Below, one piece after another: positions 10,788-21,149 of a DNA stretch of 41,272 bases. Both the position numbers and the translations under genes were made by a program. Position 1 is the stretch's first letter. Every line of letters begins with the position of its first letter. The stretch comes from an uncultured Pseudomonadales bacterium (lineage in GTDB: Bacteria > Patescibacteriota > Microgenomatia > UBA1400 > PJMF01), in contig CAYPPX010000004.1 of NCBI GenBank assembly GCA_964412775.1, forward strand, positions 1 through 41,272, given 5' to 3'. The notes beneath the pieces are model-generated. The model was not told the origin of the DNA. It saw only the letters and a program-made list of their open reading frames with translations, and searched no databases.

Positions 10788-11318
10788 ATGAAAACTAGAC
10801 AAGAATCTAGAGAATTACTCAAAAAATATGTTAAAACTGAGGCTCTGTTAAATCATTGTTATATGGTGGCTAAAGCTATGGAAGCTTATGCTCAATTGTT
10901 GGGTGAAGATCAAGAATTGTGGTATCAAGCTGGTTTGCTCCATGATTTAGATTGGGAAATGTTTCCAGATGAACATCCAAATAAGGCAGTTAATGAATTA
11001 CTAGCTGATTATCCGTTTGAGCTGGTTGAGGCAATTAAGGCACATGCACCAGGAAGAACTGGTAAACAGCCTGTTACTAGAATTGAAAAATATTTATTTG
11101 CTTGTGATGAAATATCTGGTTTAATGAATGCAGTTTCTTTGATGAGACCAAATGGCTTTGCTGACATGGAAGTCAAGTCAGTTAAGAAAAAAATCAAAGA
11201 TAAATCTTTTGCGGCGAATGTTAGCCGTGAAGATATTAAATTAGGCTTTGAGTTGATTGAGAAAACACCAGAGGAACACATTGCCTTTTTGATACAAGTT
11301 TTTAAGAAGGAGAACTAG
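10788..11318 (+). CDS. HD-domain metal-dependent phosphohydrolase
   Basis: LLHDLDWE HD motif and downstream His residues. Start lies 2 nt after the lysK stop. Confidence 0.7.
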   Translation: MKTRQESRELLKKYVKTEALLNHCYMVAKAMEAYAQLLGEDQELWYQAGLLHDLDWEMFPDEHPNKAVNELLADYPFELVEAIKAHAPGRTGKQPVTRIEKYLFACDEISGLMNAVSLMRPNGFADMEVKSVKKKIKDKSFAANVSREDIKLGFELIEKTPEEHIAFLIQVFKKEN

Positions 11319-11320
11319 TT

Positions 11321-12595
11321 ATGTTGGACATTAATTACATTAGAGAAAATCCACTAGAAATAAAGAAAGCTTGCCAGGTAAAAAATCTAGATGAAACTAT
11401 TATTGATAGTTTATTAGCTATTGATGAAAAGAGACGAAGTTTAATCGCTCAAGCTCAAGACTTGCGAACTGAGGCTAACAAAAATGCTGATTTAGTCAAA
11501 AAACAAGTTACTGAACAAGGTAAGCCAGAAGTGGCTTTGATTGAAAAAGGCAAACAACTCAAGGCTCAACTCAAGCAAATTGAGCCTGAACTCAAGCTAG
11601 TTGAGGGTGAGTTTTTAGAGTTAATGTTACAAGTACCCAACGTGCCAGCAGCTGATGTGCTAGTTGGTGAAGATGAAACTGGTAATCAAATAACTAGAAT
11701 TGAAGGCAAGGTGCCAGCATATGATTTTGAGGTTAAAGATCACCAAGAAATTATGGAAAAACTAGATATTTTAGATACAAAAAAAGCAGTTAAGATTGCT
11801 GGTTTTAGAGGTTATTTCTTAAAGGGTGATGGGTTGTTGTTAGAAAGAGCTTTGCTTGATTATGCTTTAGATATCATGATTAAGCATGGTTTTAAGCCAA
11901 TGAGCGCTCCAGTTTTGGTTAAAAAAGAAGCGATGGTTGGTACAGGTTATTTTCCTTGGGGGAATGAAGATCATTACCGCACTCAAGATGACGCTATCTT
12001 GGCTGGTACAGCTGAAGTGGCTTTGACTGCTTACCATATGGACGAAACTTTGTCAGAAAAAGATTTACCTATTAAAATGGTGGGTATTTCTCCATGTTTT
12101 AGACGTGAAGTTGGTTCTTATGGTAAAGATACTAAAGGGATTATTAGAGTTCACCAATTTAACAAAGTTGAACAAGTGGTTTATACCGTGGCTGATGAGA
12201 CTGAAACCAGAGAATGGCATAACAAAATGTTGGGGTTTTCAGAGGAGTTGCTTAAGGGTTTAGGGCTTGCCTACCAAGTTTTACTAATGTGTACTGGCGA
12301 TATGGGGGCAGGCCAAAGGAAGAAGTTTGATATCGAAACTTGGTTTCCATCACAACAAAAATATCGTGAAACTCATTCAGCTAGTTACTTTAATGACTTT
12401 CAATCAAGACGTCTAAACATTCGTTACCAAGCTAAAGACGGTACCTTAAAGTATGTTTATACTCTCAATAATACTGTTGCGGCTTCTCCTCGATTGCTAG
12501 CGGCTGTAGTGGAAAATTACCAACAAGCCGATGGTACGATCAAAGTTCCTGAAGTTTTACAAAAATATATGGGTGGCAAAAAAGTTATCAGTTAG
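11321..12595 (+). CDS. serS: Serine--tRNA ligase
   Basis: N-terminal coiled-coil arm; class II motif 2 region SPCFRREVGSYGKDTKGIIRVHQFNKVE. Confidence 0.96.
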   Translation: MLDINYIRENPLEIKKACQVKNLDETIIDSLLAIDEKRRSLIAQAQDLRTEANKNADLVKKQVTEQGKPEVALIEKGKQLKAQLKQIEPELKLVEGEFLELMLQVPNVPAADVLVGEDETGNQITRIEGKVPAYDFEVKDHQEIMEKLDILDTKKAVKIAGFRGYFLKGDGLLLERALLDYALDIMIKHGFKPMSAPVLVKKEAMVGTGYFPWGNEDHYRTQDDAILAGTAEVALTAYHMDETLSEKDLPIKMVGISPCFRREVGSYGKDTKGIIRVHQFNKVEQVVYTVADETETREWHNKMLGFSEELLKGLGLAYQVLLMCTGDMGAGQRKKFDIETWFPSQQKYRETHSASYFNDFQSRRLNIRYQAKDGTLKYVYTLNNTVAASPRLLAAVVENYQQADGTIKVPEVLQKYMGGKKVIS

Positions 12596-12608
12596 GATTG
12601 GTTAGTTA

Positions 12609-13310
12609 ATGTCAAAAATCTTAATCTTTTCTGATGCTCATTTTACGCCTAGATTTAATCAGGATTCCTTTTCTAAGCTAAAAAAATTAATTGAACAAGC
12701 TGATCAAGTGATCATTAACGGTGATCTTTGGGAAGGGTATTTTTTCAAGTTTGATGATTTTTTAAACTCAAAATGGAACCAATTATTTCCCTTACTAAAA
12801 GAGAAAAAAACAATCTATCTTTATGGCAATCATGATCCGGAAAAAGCTGTTGATGACAGGGCTTATCAGTTTGCTGATTTGATCACTGATAAATATGAGT
12901 TTTCTTCTGGAGGCAAAGATTTTATTTGTTTACATGGTCACCAATATATTGAAAGTCCGTCCAAAACTTCAGCTCTAATTAAAGTTAAGTTTTTATTGGG
13001 AAGCTTGTATCTTGCTTATTATCTATTAATGTTGGTTTTAAGAAGAAGATTTTGGAAAATATATCAGTTTGAGAATGATCGTTTAAAAAAGATTCAAAAA
13101 CAAGAGTTCCCTGGAAAGTACTTAATAACTGGCCACACTCATTTAATGGAACATGATGATTTTTTTATTAACACTGGTTCTTTAAGCTTTGGTTTTTTTG
13201 AGTATACTTGGATAGAAAATGGTGACATTAGACAATATAGTGAAACATATAAAATACCATTTTTAGATAGATTTATTGGTGTTTTTCCTCTGAAAAAAAC
13301 TAACCTTTGA
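12609..13310 (+). CDS. Calcineurin-like metallophosphoesterase (LpxH-like family) with an internal hydrophobic segment
   Basis: Motifs SDAHF, GDLWEG, GNHD, HGH and GHTH in canonical order. Confidence 0.8.
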   Translation: MSKILIFSDAHFTPRFNQDSFSKLKKLIEQADQVIINGDLWEGYFFKFDDFLNSKWNQLFPLLKEKKTIYLYGNHDPEKAVDDRAYQFADLITDKYEFSSGGKDFICLHGHQYIESPSKTSALIKVKFLLGSLYLAYYLLMLVLRRRFWKIYQFENDRLKKIQKQEFPGKYLITGHTHLMEHDDFFINTGSLSFGFFEYTWIENGDIRQYSETYKIPFLDRFIGVFPLKKTNL

Positions 13311-13327
13311 TCTATAATGAAAGCCTT

Positions 13328-16273
13328 ATGTTTAAGTTTTTAACTTCCCTTTTTGATGAAAATAAAAAGTCTTTGGATAACTACCAAAAAATTGTTGATC
13401 AGATCAACCAATTAGAACCAGAGATTAAAAAATTGTCTGATACTAAGTTAGCTGCTCAGACTAAAAAGTTTCAACAACTAATTGAAAAAGTTAGAGCTCA
13501 GGTTGTTCCAGGTGATGAACAAGCGATGAGAATCGCTGAAGAGAACATCTTGGATGAGATTTTACCTGAAGTTTTTGCTACTGTTCGTGAAGTCTCTAGC
13601 CGTGTTTTAGGAATGAGACACTATGACGTTCAATTATTAGCTGGAATTGCTTTACACAAAAAAAATATTACCGAACAAAGAACTGGTGAAGGTAAAACTC
13701 TTACTGTGACTGCTCCACTCTACCTGAATGCCCTACTTGGTAAGGGTTCACACTTAATTACTGTTAATGATTACTTGGCTGAGATTGGTGTGGGTTGGAT
13801 GGGGCATATTTACCACTTTTTGGGCATGAAAACTGCGGTAATTGTGCATGATCATGCTAGACTTTTTGATCCGACAGTTGATAGTGAAGATCGAGGTGAC
13901 GAAAGACTGGAACATTTTGTAGAGATTTCCAGAAAAGAAGCTTATTTAGCTGATATTACTTATGGAACCAATAATGAATTCGGTTTTGACTATCTTCGAG
14001 ACAATATGGTGCAAAATCTTGCTGGGATGGTACAAAGAGAAGATTATCCCCATCACTTTGTGATTGTTGATGAGGCTGACTCTATTCTGATTGACGAAGC
14101 TAGAACGCCATTAATCATTTCTGCACCAGATACTGAGCCAACCAAGAAATATTATGATGCTGCTCACATGGTGAAATCTTTGGTTAAAGATCAAGATTTC
14201 TCGGTTGATGAAAAAGCTAGAACGGTTACTTTGACTGATCTTGGTGTCAAGAGAATTGAACAAAAACTTGGAGTTAAAAATCTTTATGAAGAAAGCTTCG
14301 ATACGATTCATCATGTTGAATCTGCTTTGAAAGCGATGACTCTTTATCACCGCGATAAAGAATACATTGTACGAGATAACCAAGTGGTAATTGTTGATGA
14401 GCATACTGGTCGGTTGATGTATGGACGCCGTTATTCAGATGGTTTGCATCAATCAATTGAGGCCAAAGAAAACGTGCCTATTCAACAAGAGTCTCGGACT
14501 TTAGCGACAATTTCCTTACAAAATTACTTTAGACTTTATGAAAAACTATCTGGTATGACTGGGACAGCTTCGACAGAAGCTGAAGAGTTCAATACTATTT
14601 ATGGTGTTAATGTTTTGGTTATTCCGACTAATAAACCAGTGGTTCGTGATGATCGAGCTGATGTAGTTTACAAAACTACTGCGGCCAAATATTCTGCCAT
14701 TGCTCGTGAAGTGGAACAACTTCATGCAGAAGGTCGACCAATTTTGATTGGTACTAGGTCAATTGATCATAATCAAATTATTTCTCAATTCTTACAAAGA
14801 AAAAAGATTACTCACCAGGTGTTGAATGCAAAAAATAATGAAAAGGAAGCTTTTATTATTGCTGATGCTGGTAAAAAAGGGGCCATCACCGTTGCTACTA
14901 ACATTGCTGGTCGTGGTGTTGATATTGTGCTTGGTGGAGCTCCTCCAGAATTAAAAGAATTTAGAAAAAAGAAATTGACTAAGGAAAAAGTTAAACTTAC
15001 CAAAGAGTTTGCTGACCTTCGTTTACCAACTAATATTAATCCTGCTAATTACAAGCTCAAAGAATATGCTGCTGCTTTAAAAAAATGGGAAGCAGCTCAT
15101 CAGGAAGTAATTGACTTGGGTGGTTTACATATTATTGGTACTGAGCGTCATGAATCACGTCGTATTGATAACCAGCTAAGAGGTCGGGCTGGCAGACAAG
15201 GAGATCCAGGCTCTTCTCAATTTTTTGTTTCGTTAGCTGATGATGTGATGCGTATTTTTGGTGGTGAGCAAATCGCCAAAGTGATGGACTTTTTGAAGAT
15301 TGAAGAAGATCAGCCTATTGAACACTCAATGGTGAGTAAATCAATCGAATCTGCTCAAGTAAAAGTTGAAGGATTTTTCTTTGATCAAAGAAAAAGATTA
15401 GTTGAATTTGATGATGTGATGAACAAGCATCGTGAAATTCTTTATGGTCGCCGTCGTAGATTGTTAGAAGCTGCTGAAGCTGAAGATGCTGAAATTTTGA
15501 GATCTCAAATTTTGGAGTATCTTGATACTGAAGTAGAGACAATTGTAGCAAACAGAACAGCAGAAGGTTTTTCTGATGAAATGTATGAAGCTTTGATCAA
15601 AGATTTAATTAAATTAATTCCTTTTGATGAAACTTCACAAAAAAGAATTTTGAAAGATATTTCGGCAACTGAGAATGAAGCAGAAATTATTGAAAAGTTT
15701 AGAGAAATTATTCACAAAACTTATGAATCAAGAAAGAAAGTTCTTGGTGAAAATGTCTTAGCAAACTTGGAAAAGGTGGTGGTGTTATCAACCATTGATG
15801 AAAAATGGATGGACCACTTAGATGAAATTGATAGTTTGAGAGAAGGTATCTGGCTTCGAGGCGATAAAAAGACCGTTATTTCTGAGTATAAAAAAGAAGC
15901 TTTTATGATGTTCGAAAAGTTAATTGATAACATTGAAAGCACTATTGCCCATCGTATTTTTAGAATTAGCCCGGTGCAAAGACCAGTTGAGCGAACAATG
16001 CCGAAGAATATCCAGCTGAAAAAAGAAGATATTAATGAAAGTTTGGCCAAAGAAGTAGCTGATGCTACCCTACCAACAGCAACCAAAGCCCCAAGTAAAA
16101 GACAAGGCTCTTTGGGTGATTTGGCTCAGGCACTGGGTACTGCTAAAGCTGGCTCAACTCCAAATCCTGGTTCTAAACAAGAAAAGATTGGTCGTAATGA
16201 ACCTTGCCCTTGTGGCAGCGGTTTGAAATACAAGAAATGTGGTCTAATCAATTCTCCTGAACATAAAGGATAA
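13328..16273 (+). CDS. secA: Preprotein translocase ATPase SecA
   Basis: QRTGEGKTL Walker A region; DEADSILIDEARTPLII; C-terminal zinc finger CPCGSGLKYKKCG. ATG 13328 (MFKFLTSLF...) is preferred over the track's TTG at 13307. Confidence 0.96.
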   Translation: MFKFLTSLFDENKKSLDNYQKIVDQINQLEPEIKKLSDTKLAAQTKKFQQLIEKVRAQVVPGDEQAMRIAEENILDEILPEVFATVREVSSRVLGMRHYDVQLLAGIALHKKNITEQRTGEGKTLTVTAPLYLNALLGKGSHLITVNDYLAEIGVGWMGHIYHFLGMKTAVIVHDHARLFDPTVDSEDRGDERLEHFVEISRKEAYLADITYGTNNEFGFDYLRDNMVQNLAGMVQREDYPHHFVIVDEADSILIDEARTPLIISAPDTEPTKKYYDAAHMVKSLVKDQDFSVDEKARTVTLTDLGVKRIEQKLGVKNLYEESFDTIHHVESALKAMTLYHRDKEYIVRDNQVVIVDEHTGRLMYGRRYSDGLHQSIEAKENVPIQQESRTLATISLQNYFRLYEKLSGMTGTASTEAEEFNTIYGVNVLVIPTNKPVVRDDRADVVYKTTAAKYSAIAREVEQLHAEGRPILIGTRSIDHNQIISQFLQRKKITHQVLNAKNNEKEAFIIADAGKKGAITVATNIAGRGVDIVLGGAPPELKEFRKKKLTKEKVKLTKEFADLRLPTNINPANYKLKEYAAALKKWEAAHQEVIDLGGLHIIGTERHESRRIDNQLRGRAGRQGDPGSSQFFVSLADDVMRIFGGEQIAKVMDFLKIEEDQPIEHSMVSKSIESAQVKVEGFFFDQRKRLVEFDDVMNKHREILYGRRRRLLEAAEAEDAEILRSQILEYLDTEVETIVANRTAEGFSDEMYEALIKDLIKLIPFDETSQKRILKDISATENEAEIIEKFREIIHKTYESRKKVLGENVLANLEKVVVLSTIDEKWMDHLDEIDSLREGIWLRGDKKTVISEYKKEAFMMFEKLIDNIESTIAHRIFRISPVQRPVERTMPKNIQLKKEDINESLAKEVADATLPTATKAPSKRQGSLGDLAQALGTAKAGSTPNPGSKQEKIGRNEPCPCGSGLKYKKCGLINSPEHKG

Positions 16274-16275
16274 TT

Positions 16276-16983
16276 ATGGAAAATAAACAAATAATGGAAG
16301 AAAAAGTAATTGAAAAAAATAATTATTTTTTAATTTTAATTCCATTATTTTTAATTTTTATTTTTTTAATTTTATTCTTTATTAATAACCAAAAACCTGG
16401 AAACAAATCAACCAAAGAAATTGTAGTAGAAAATATTAGTGAAGTTGCTCCGACTCCAATGCTTGAAAAGAAATCAACTGGCTTAGGTTATCCTGTTGTG
16501 AGAGTCGCTAAATACAATTACCATGGTTGGAAAGAATATAAAAGCACTAAATCTAATTTAGCCATTTATTATCCAAGTAGCTGGTTTGTGGATGAATCAA
16601 CTGTTTTTTCTTGGAATCCTGCCTCAGTTGAAAGGCCATTGCCCCTTCAAAGTAAAGATAGTAAGTGGGATATGGATTTAGTTTTTACTGATGATAGTCA
16701 AAGACCAGAAAATATTGCTGATGTTTTTGATGCTCATTCTGAAGCTCAAAACTACCACTTATTTGAAGTAACGAAGACTGCTGATGGTTGGCCAGTTTAT
16801 ATTGCTACAGTAGAGTTAGCAAAAGCTGACCCAGAAAGTTTTTTAGGTGGCCATGATTATTTAAGAGCGGTTGTTATCACTCCAAATGGGATGTTAAGTT
16901 GGGCTGGTTTTGCTGGTACTGAGGTTGCTAATAGTGCTGAAACTCTAAAACAAATTGTTGAAAGCTTACATTACTCGGAATAA
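16276..16983 (+). CDS. Hypothetical N-terminally membrane-anchored protein
   Basis: 235-aa ORF with one very AT-rich N-terminal TM segment (YFLILIPLFLIFIFLILFFI). Tightly packed between secA and mutM. No recognisable motif. Confidence 0.65.
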   Translation: MENKQIMEEKVIEKNNYFLILIPLFLIFIFLILFFINNQKPGNKSTKEIVVENISEVAPTPMLEKKSTGLGYPVVRVAKYNYHGWKEYKSTKSNLAIYYPSSWFVDESTVFSWNPASVERPLPLQSKDSKWDMDLVFTDDSQRPENIADVFDAHSEAQNYHLFEVTKTADGWPVYIATVELAKADPESFLGGHDYLRAVVITPNGMLSWAGFAGTEVANSAETLKQIVESLHYSE

Positions 16984-16985
16984 AT

Positions 16986-17834
16986 ATGCCTGAATTACCA
17001 GAAGTAGAAACAGTCGTTCGCAGACTCAATGAGGTTTTACCTGGTAATGTGATTCAGCAGGTCAGTGTTTTAAGAGATAAAAGTTTTCAAGGTAATCCTA
17101 AGGATATTGTTGGGGCGACCATTGAAAGTGTTTCCCGTCGGGCTAAGATTATTTCAATTAATTTAAATAACGGTTTGAGTATTTTGGTTCATCTCAAAAT
17201 GACCGGTCAATTAATTTATCTATCTGCAGATGGTAAAGTTGGTGGTGGTCACCCCACTAGTGATTGGGTAAAAGCTTTACCAAGCAACCATACTAGAATT
17301 TTTGTTTTACTCAATGACAATAAAAAAATATTTTTTAATGATATGAGGGTTTTTGGTTGGTGGAAAATAGTAGATGACCAACTTCGACAGGAAGAATTTG
17401 CTAAATACGGACCTGATGTAGATACAGATGATTTTTCATTAGCTTATTTTCAAGACCAACTTAAGAGCAGAAATGTTTCTATCAAACAAGTCATTATGGA
17501 TAATAAAGTTGTTTCTGGGGTTGGCAATATTTATGCTAGCGAGGCATTATTTTTGACTGGTGTTCATCCAGAAAGATCAGCTAAAAAACTAACTGTCATT
17601 GAGGAAGAAAAACTTTTTAACTTTATGAAAGAAGTGATTGCAGATGGAATAGCCTCTGGTGGGACAACTTTTGATGGCAAGTATGTTGATATTTATGGTT
17701 TTTCAGGTAGTTATCAAAATAAATTAAGAGTTTATGGACAAGAAGGCAATGACTGTCAAGTTTGTGGTAATAAGATCAAAAAAATCAAACTAGGTGGAAG
17801 AGGATCATACTACTGTGAGTTCTGTCAAAAATGA
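16986..17834 (+). CDS. mutM: Formamidopyrimidine-DNA glycosylase (Fpg/MutM)
   Basis: N-terminal MPELPEVE; C-terminal zinc finger CQVCG...YYCEFCQ. Confidence 0.95.
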   Translation: MPELPEVETVVRRLNEVLPGNVIQQVSVLRDKSFQGNPKDIVGATIESVSRRAKIISINLNNGLSILVHLKMTGQLIYLSADGKVGGGHPTSDWVKALPSNHTRIFVLLNDNKKIFFNDMRVFGWWKIVDDQLRQEEFAKYGPDVDTDDFSLAYFQDQLKSRNVSIKQVIMDNKVVSGVGNIYASEALFLTGVHPERSAKKLTVIEEEKLFNFMKEVIADGIASGGTTFDGKYVDIYGFSGSYQNKLRVYGQEGNDCQVCGNKIKKIKLGGRGSYYCEFCQK

Positions 17835-18325
17835 AAAAAACTATTTATTCAGTCACTAATTTTTTACATTGTGGTAATGATTACTTATTTATTCATCGAA
17901 CTAAAAAAGTTAACAAGGTAGATGGTGGTAGACTTAATGGAATTGGTGGTAAGTTGGAAAAAGGTGAAAATTTTTTAGCAGCGGCAATTCGTGAAACAGC
18001 TGAAGAAACAGGTTATGTAGTTACAGCAGAGAATATTAAATTAGCTGGTGTGGTGAGAATGCAGGGAGGTTACATGGATAACTGGATGATGAATTTTTTT
18101 AAGATTGAAGTTCCAACAAAAGAAATTCCAATTGGCGATGAAAATCCAGAAGGAAATTTAATTTGGTTGCCAGCAGATAAAGTTTTGACTAGTGGTTATG
18201 AACTAGTTGATGATTTAAATTATTGTTTTAAAGATATTGTACAAAACAATATTCCGTTTTTTGTTCATGCACAAATGACCAAGGAAGAAAAAGTTAAAAC
18301 TTGGAATATTGATTACTTAAAATAA
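17831..18325 (+). CDS. NUDIX hydrolase
   Basis: Nudix box GGKLEKGENFLAAAIRETAEETG. The ATGA overlaps the mutM stop. Confidence 0.85.
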   Translation: MKKTIYSVTNFLHCGNDYLFIHRTKKVNKVDGGRLNGIGGKLEKGENFLAAAIRETAEETGYVVTAENIKLAGVVRMQGGYMDNWMMNFFKIEVPTKEIPIGDENPEGNLIWLPADKVLTSGYELVDDLNYCFKDIVQNNIPFFVHAQMTKEEKVKTWNIDYLK

Positions 18326-18377
18326 AACTCAAACTATTTTAATAATGTCAGTAATATCTTAAATATTTATTTTTAAA

Positions 18378-19298
18378 TTATAAATATTTTTTCAAAATAT
18401 TGACTGATTTTTCTAGTAACTTTTTTTCTTCCCAGGAAAGCTTAATTTCAATGGTTTGCTCTACTCCACCACGACCAATGACGCATGGCACACTCAGTGA
18501 AACCCCACTATGGCCGTAATAATTATGTAGTGGAATAGAAACAGGATAAATTTTTTTACTATTAGTTAAAATTGTTTCCACTAATTTTGAAGTAGCAGTG
18601 GCAATCGCATAATAAGTGGCACCTTTAGCCTTAATAATGTTATAGGCAGCATCACGAGTTTTTTTATAAGCTGATAAAGCCTTTTCTTCTGACATGCCAC
18701 TAATCGACAACAAACTTTGTCCACCGACTATTGCTCCAGAGATAGCTGGGAATGAGCTATCACCGTGTTCACCCAGAATATACGCATGGATGCTTTTTGG
18801 ATTTACTTTGAGTTGTTCAGATAAATGAAAACGGAAACGAGAAGTATCAAGAGTTGTTCCAGAACCAAAAATTCTGCCTTTTGGTAAATCAGCAATTTTG
18901 TATGCTTCATAGGTCAAAATATCTACTGGATTACTAACAATAATAATAATGGCATTTGGAGCATATTTAAGAATTTGAGGAATGGTTTCTCTAACAATGG
19001 CTTTATTTTTTTCTACTAAATCTAGTCTAGTTTCTCCCGGCTTTTGTGAATCACCAGCAGTAAAAACCACCACGTCGGTATTGATTAAATCTGCAAAGTT
19101 ATCTGAAGCAGAAATATTAGTATGTCTAATAAAAGACAAACCATGTTCGAGATCAAGTTTTTCACCTTCTGCTTTAGCTTTTGAACGACTAATTAGGAGT
19201 AATTCGTTAACAATACCTTGTTGTAAAATCGCAAAGGCAGTCGACATGCCTACTCGGCCACAACCAATAATAGCTACTTTATTGTAATCAAATTTCAT
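18378..19298 (-). CDS. ldh: L-lactate dehydrogenase
   Basis: IIGCGRVGMS Rossmann motif; SQKPGETRLDL with Gln at the LDH/MDH specificity position; GEHGDS. Confidence 0.88.
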   Translation of the reverse strand: MKFDYNKVAIIGCGRVGMSTAFAILQQGIVNELLLISRSKAKAEGEKLDLEHGLSFIRHTNISASDNFADLINTDVVVFTAGDSQKPGETRLDLVEKNKAIVRETIPQILKYAPNAIIIIVSNPVDILTYEAYKIADLPKGRIFGSGTTLDTSRFRFHLSEQLKVNPKSIHAYILGEHGDSSFPAISGAIVGGQSLLSISGMSEEKALSAYKKTRDAAYNIIKAKGATYYAIATATSKLVETILTNSKKIYPVSIPLHNYYGHSGVSLSVPCVIGRGGVEQTIEIKLSWEEKKLLEKSVNILKKYL

Positions 19299-20266
19299 CT
19301 TTGATTTTTCTTTTGTTCAATAATTTCTACGATTGTTTTCTTGATTGATTGGCTATCAAGACCATGTTTTTGCCATAGCTCAACTGGTTTACCAGATTCA
19401 CCAAAAGCATCGTTTAACCCTAAAAATTTATGTGGTAGGGCCAAGAGTTTACTAGTAATAATATCTTTGGCTAGTGCTTGAGTAATGGCTGCTGCGACTC
19501 CACCAATTAGTTGATGTTCTTCAATAGTAATGAAGGCTTGAGTTTTGTTTAGTGAGTCAATAATAGTAGTGGTATCGACTGGTTTAATAGTGTGAAGATT
19601 AATAATTTCTATTGAATAGTTATCTCTGAGTTGGTTTGCAGCTTGGTAAGCTTCAGCTAAAATTGGTCCTGAGCCAATGACGGTTAAGTCAGTCCCCAAA
19701 CTAATTAAATTAGCTTTACCTATTTCAAATGGACTAGATTCTTGGGTTAAACTCAAGGTTTTTTCTCTGGTTAGTCGTAAATAAGCTGGTTTTTTTAGTT
19801 GAGCTAGGGCAAAGACTGCTTTTTTAGTTTCATTAAAATCAACTGGGCTAACAACAGTCATATTAGGTAAAACTCTCATTAAAGCAATGTCTTCTAAACC
19901 CTGTTGAGTATAGCCATCTTCACCAACATTTAGGCCAGCATGACCTCCAACCACAATGACTGGTAAATCTGAGTAACAAACGGAATCTCGAATTTGTTCC
20001 CAGGTTCTTCCTGGACTGAAGGCGGCAAAGCTAGTAGCAAAAGGGATTTTACCCTCTAGTGCCAAGCCCGCTGCCACTCCGATCATGTTTTGTTCAGCAA
20101 TCCCTACTTGAATAAATCTACCTGGGAAAATTTCCTCAAATTTTTTTAATCTCAGAGATTCTGTTAGATCTGCAGTTAAAGCTACTACTTGTTGATTTGT
20201 TTCTGCCAATTCAACTATAGCCTCGCCGAAGCCATCTCTAGTACTTTTTAATTCTTGCTCGATCAT
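19295..20266 (-). CDS. tkt: Transketolase, C-terminal (pyrimidine-binding) subunit of a split enzyme
   Basis: 323 aa with FIQVGIAEQNMIGVAAGLA. Overlaps both neighbours by 4 nt. Confidence 0.9.
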   Translation of the reverse strand: MIEQELKSTRDGFGEAIVELAETNQQVVALTADLTESLRLKKFEEIFPGRFIQVGIAEQNMIGVAAGLALEGKIPFATSFAAFSPGRTWEQIRDSVCYSDLPVIVVGGHAGLNVGEDGYTQQGLEDIALMRVLPNMTVVSPVDFNETKKAVFALAQLKKPAYLRLTREKTLSLTQESSPFEIGKANLISLGTDLTVIGSGPILAEAYQAANQLRDNYSIEIINLHTIKPVDTTTIIDSLNKTQAFITIEEHQLIGGVAAAITQALAKDIITSKLLALPHKFLGLNDAFGESGKPVELWQKHGLDSQSIKKTIVEIIEQKKNQR

Positions 20267-21102
20267 GTTTGCTCTCCTAAAATTTCAGCCAAAGCTTGCT
20301 CAGTTTCTTTTTCATTAGGTGTTTTCCCATGCCAGTCAGCATTTCTTTCCATGAAAGACACTCCTTTACCGGCGATGGTATGACAAATAATAATTGATGG
20401 ATAGTCATTAGCTAAGTCTTTTTCAATGGCCCGTTGGAGTTGATAAAAATCATGTCCATTAGCTTCCAAAACATTCCAGCCAAAACTTTTTAGTTTGGCA
20501 AAAAGTGGATTAATAGACAGAGTATTTGCTATTTTTCCAGAGATTTGAATATCATTAGCATCGAGTAGGATTGTTAAATTACCAAGTTTATATTTAGTGG
20601 TTAATAGTAGAGCCTCCCAGGTTTGGCCTTCTTGGTACTCACCATCACTCATCGTACAAAAGACATGGTTGGGTTTCTTTTCCATAGCTAGGCCTAAAGC
20701 TAAGCCAACTGCTTGAGAAATACCTTGGGATAGTGATCCTGCAGAAATCTCCACTCCAGGCAAGCTGCCTCGTTGTGGGTGGCCTTGAAGTCTACTGCCA
20801 ATTTTTCTGAGGGTAGCCAATTCTTCCATAGGAAAATATCCGGCTTCAGCCAAAGTAGCATATAGAGCTGGGCAGTGATGGCCATTGGACATTAGTAAGT
20901 AATCACGTTCTGGCCAATATGGGTTTTCAGGATTATGTTGCAGTTGGTGAAAGTATAAATAAGTTAGAATATCGGTCATACTTAGTGAACCAGCTGGGTG
21001 ACCACTACCTGCTAGATGCAACATCCGAATAATATTGGCCCGAATATTTTTGGCAATTTCTTTTAGACGATAGTTATCTTCTCTTGTGAGTCGGGCAGAC
21101 AT
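20263..21102 (-). CDS. tkt: Transketolase, N-terminal (TPP-binding) subunit of a split enzyme
   Basis: 279 aa with GSGHPAGSLSMTDIL and SDGEYQEGQTWEA motifs. Confidence 0.9.
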   Translation of the reverse strand: MSARLTREDNYRLKEIAKNIRANIIRMLHLAGSGHPAGSLSMTDILTYLYFHQLQHNPENPYWPERDYLLMSNGHHCPALYATLAEAGYFPMEELATLRKIGSRLQGHPQRGSLPGVEISAGSLSQGISQAVGLALGLAMEKKPNHVFCTMSDGEYQEGQTWEALLLTTKYKLGNLTILLDANDIQISGKIANTLSINPLFAKLKSFGWNVLEANGHDFYQLQRAIEKDLANDYPSIIICHTIAGKGVSFMERNADWHGKTPNEKETEQALAEILGEQT

Positions 21103-21149
21103 ATGAGTAATATCTATTCTAGATTAATTTGGTTTTACAAGCAAAACCA

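Noticed and set aside
13307-13327. TTG-initiated 7-codon N-terminal extension of secA
   Set aside because: It overlaps the upstream stop. ATG 13328 gives the canonical SecA N-terminus (MFKFLTSLF...).
11009-16086. Antisense ORFs within the HD-domain gene and secA (11009..11281, 14111..14404, 14274..14456, 14812..15003, 15315..15551, 15721..16086)
   Set aside because: They are shadow frames opposite confidently identified genes.
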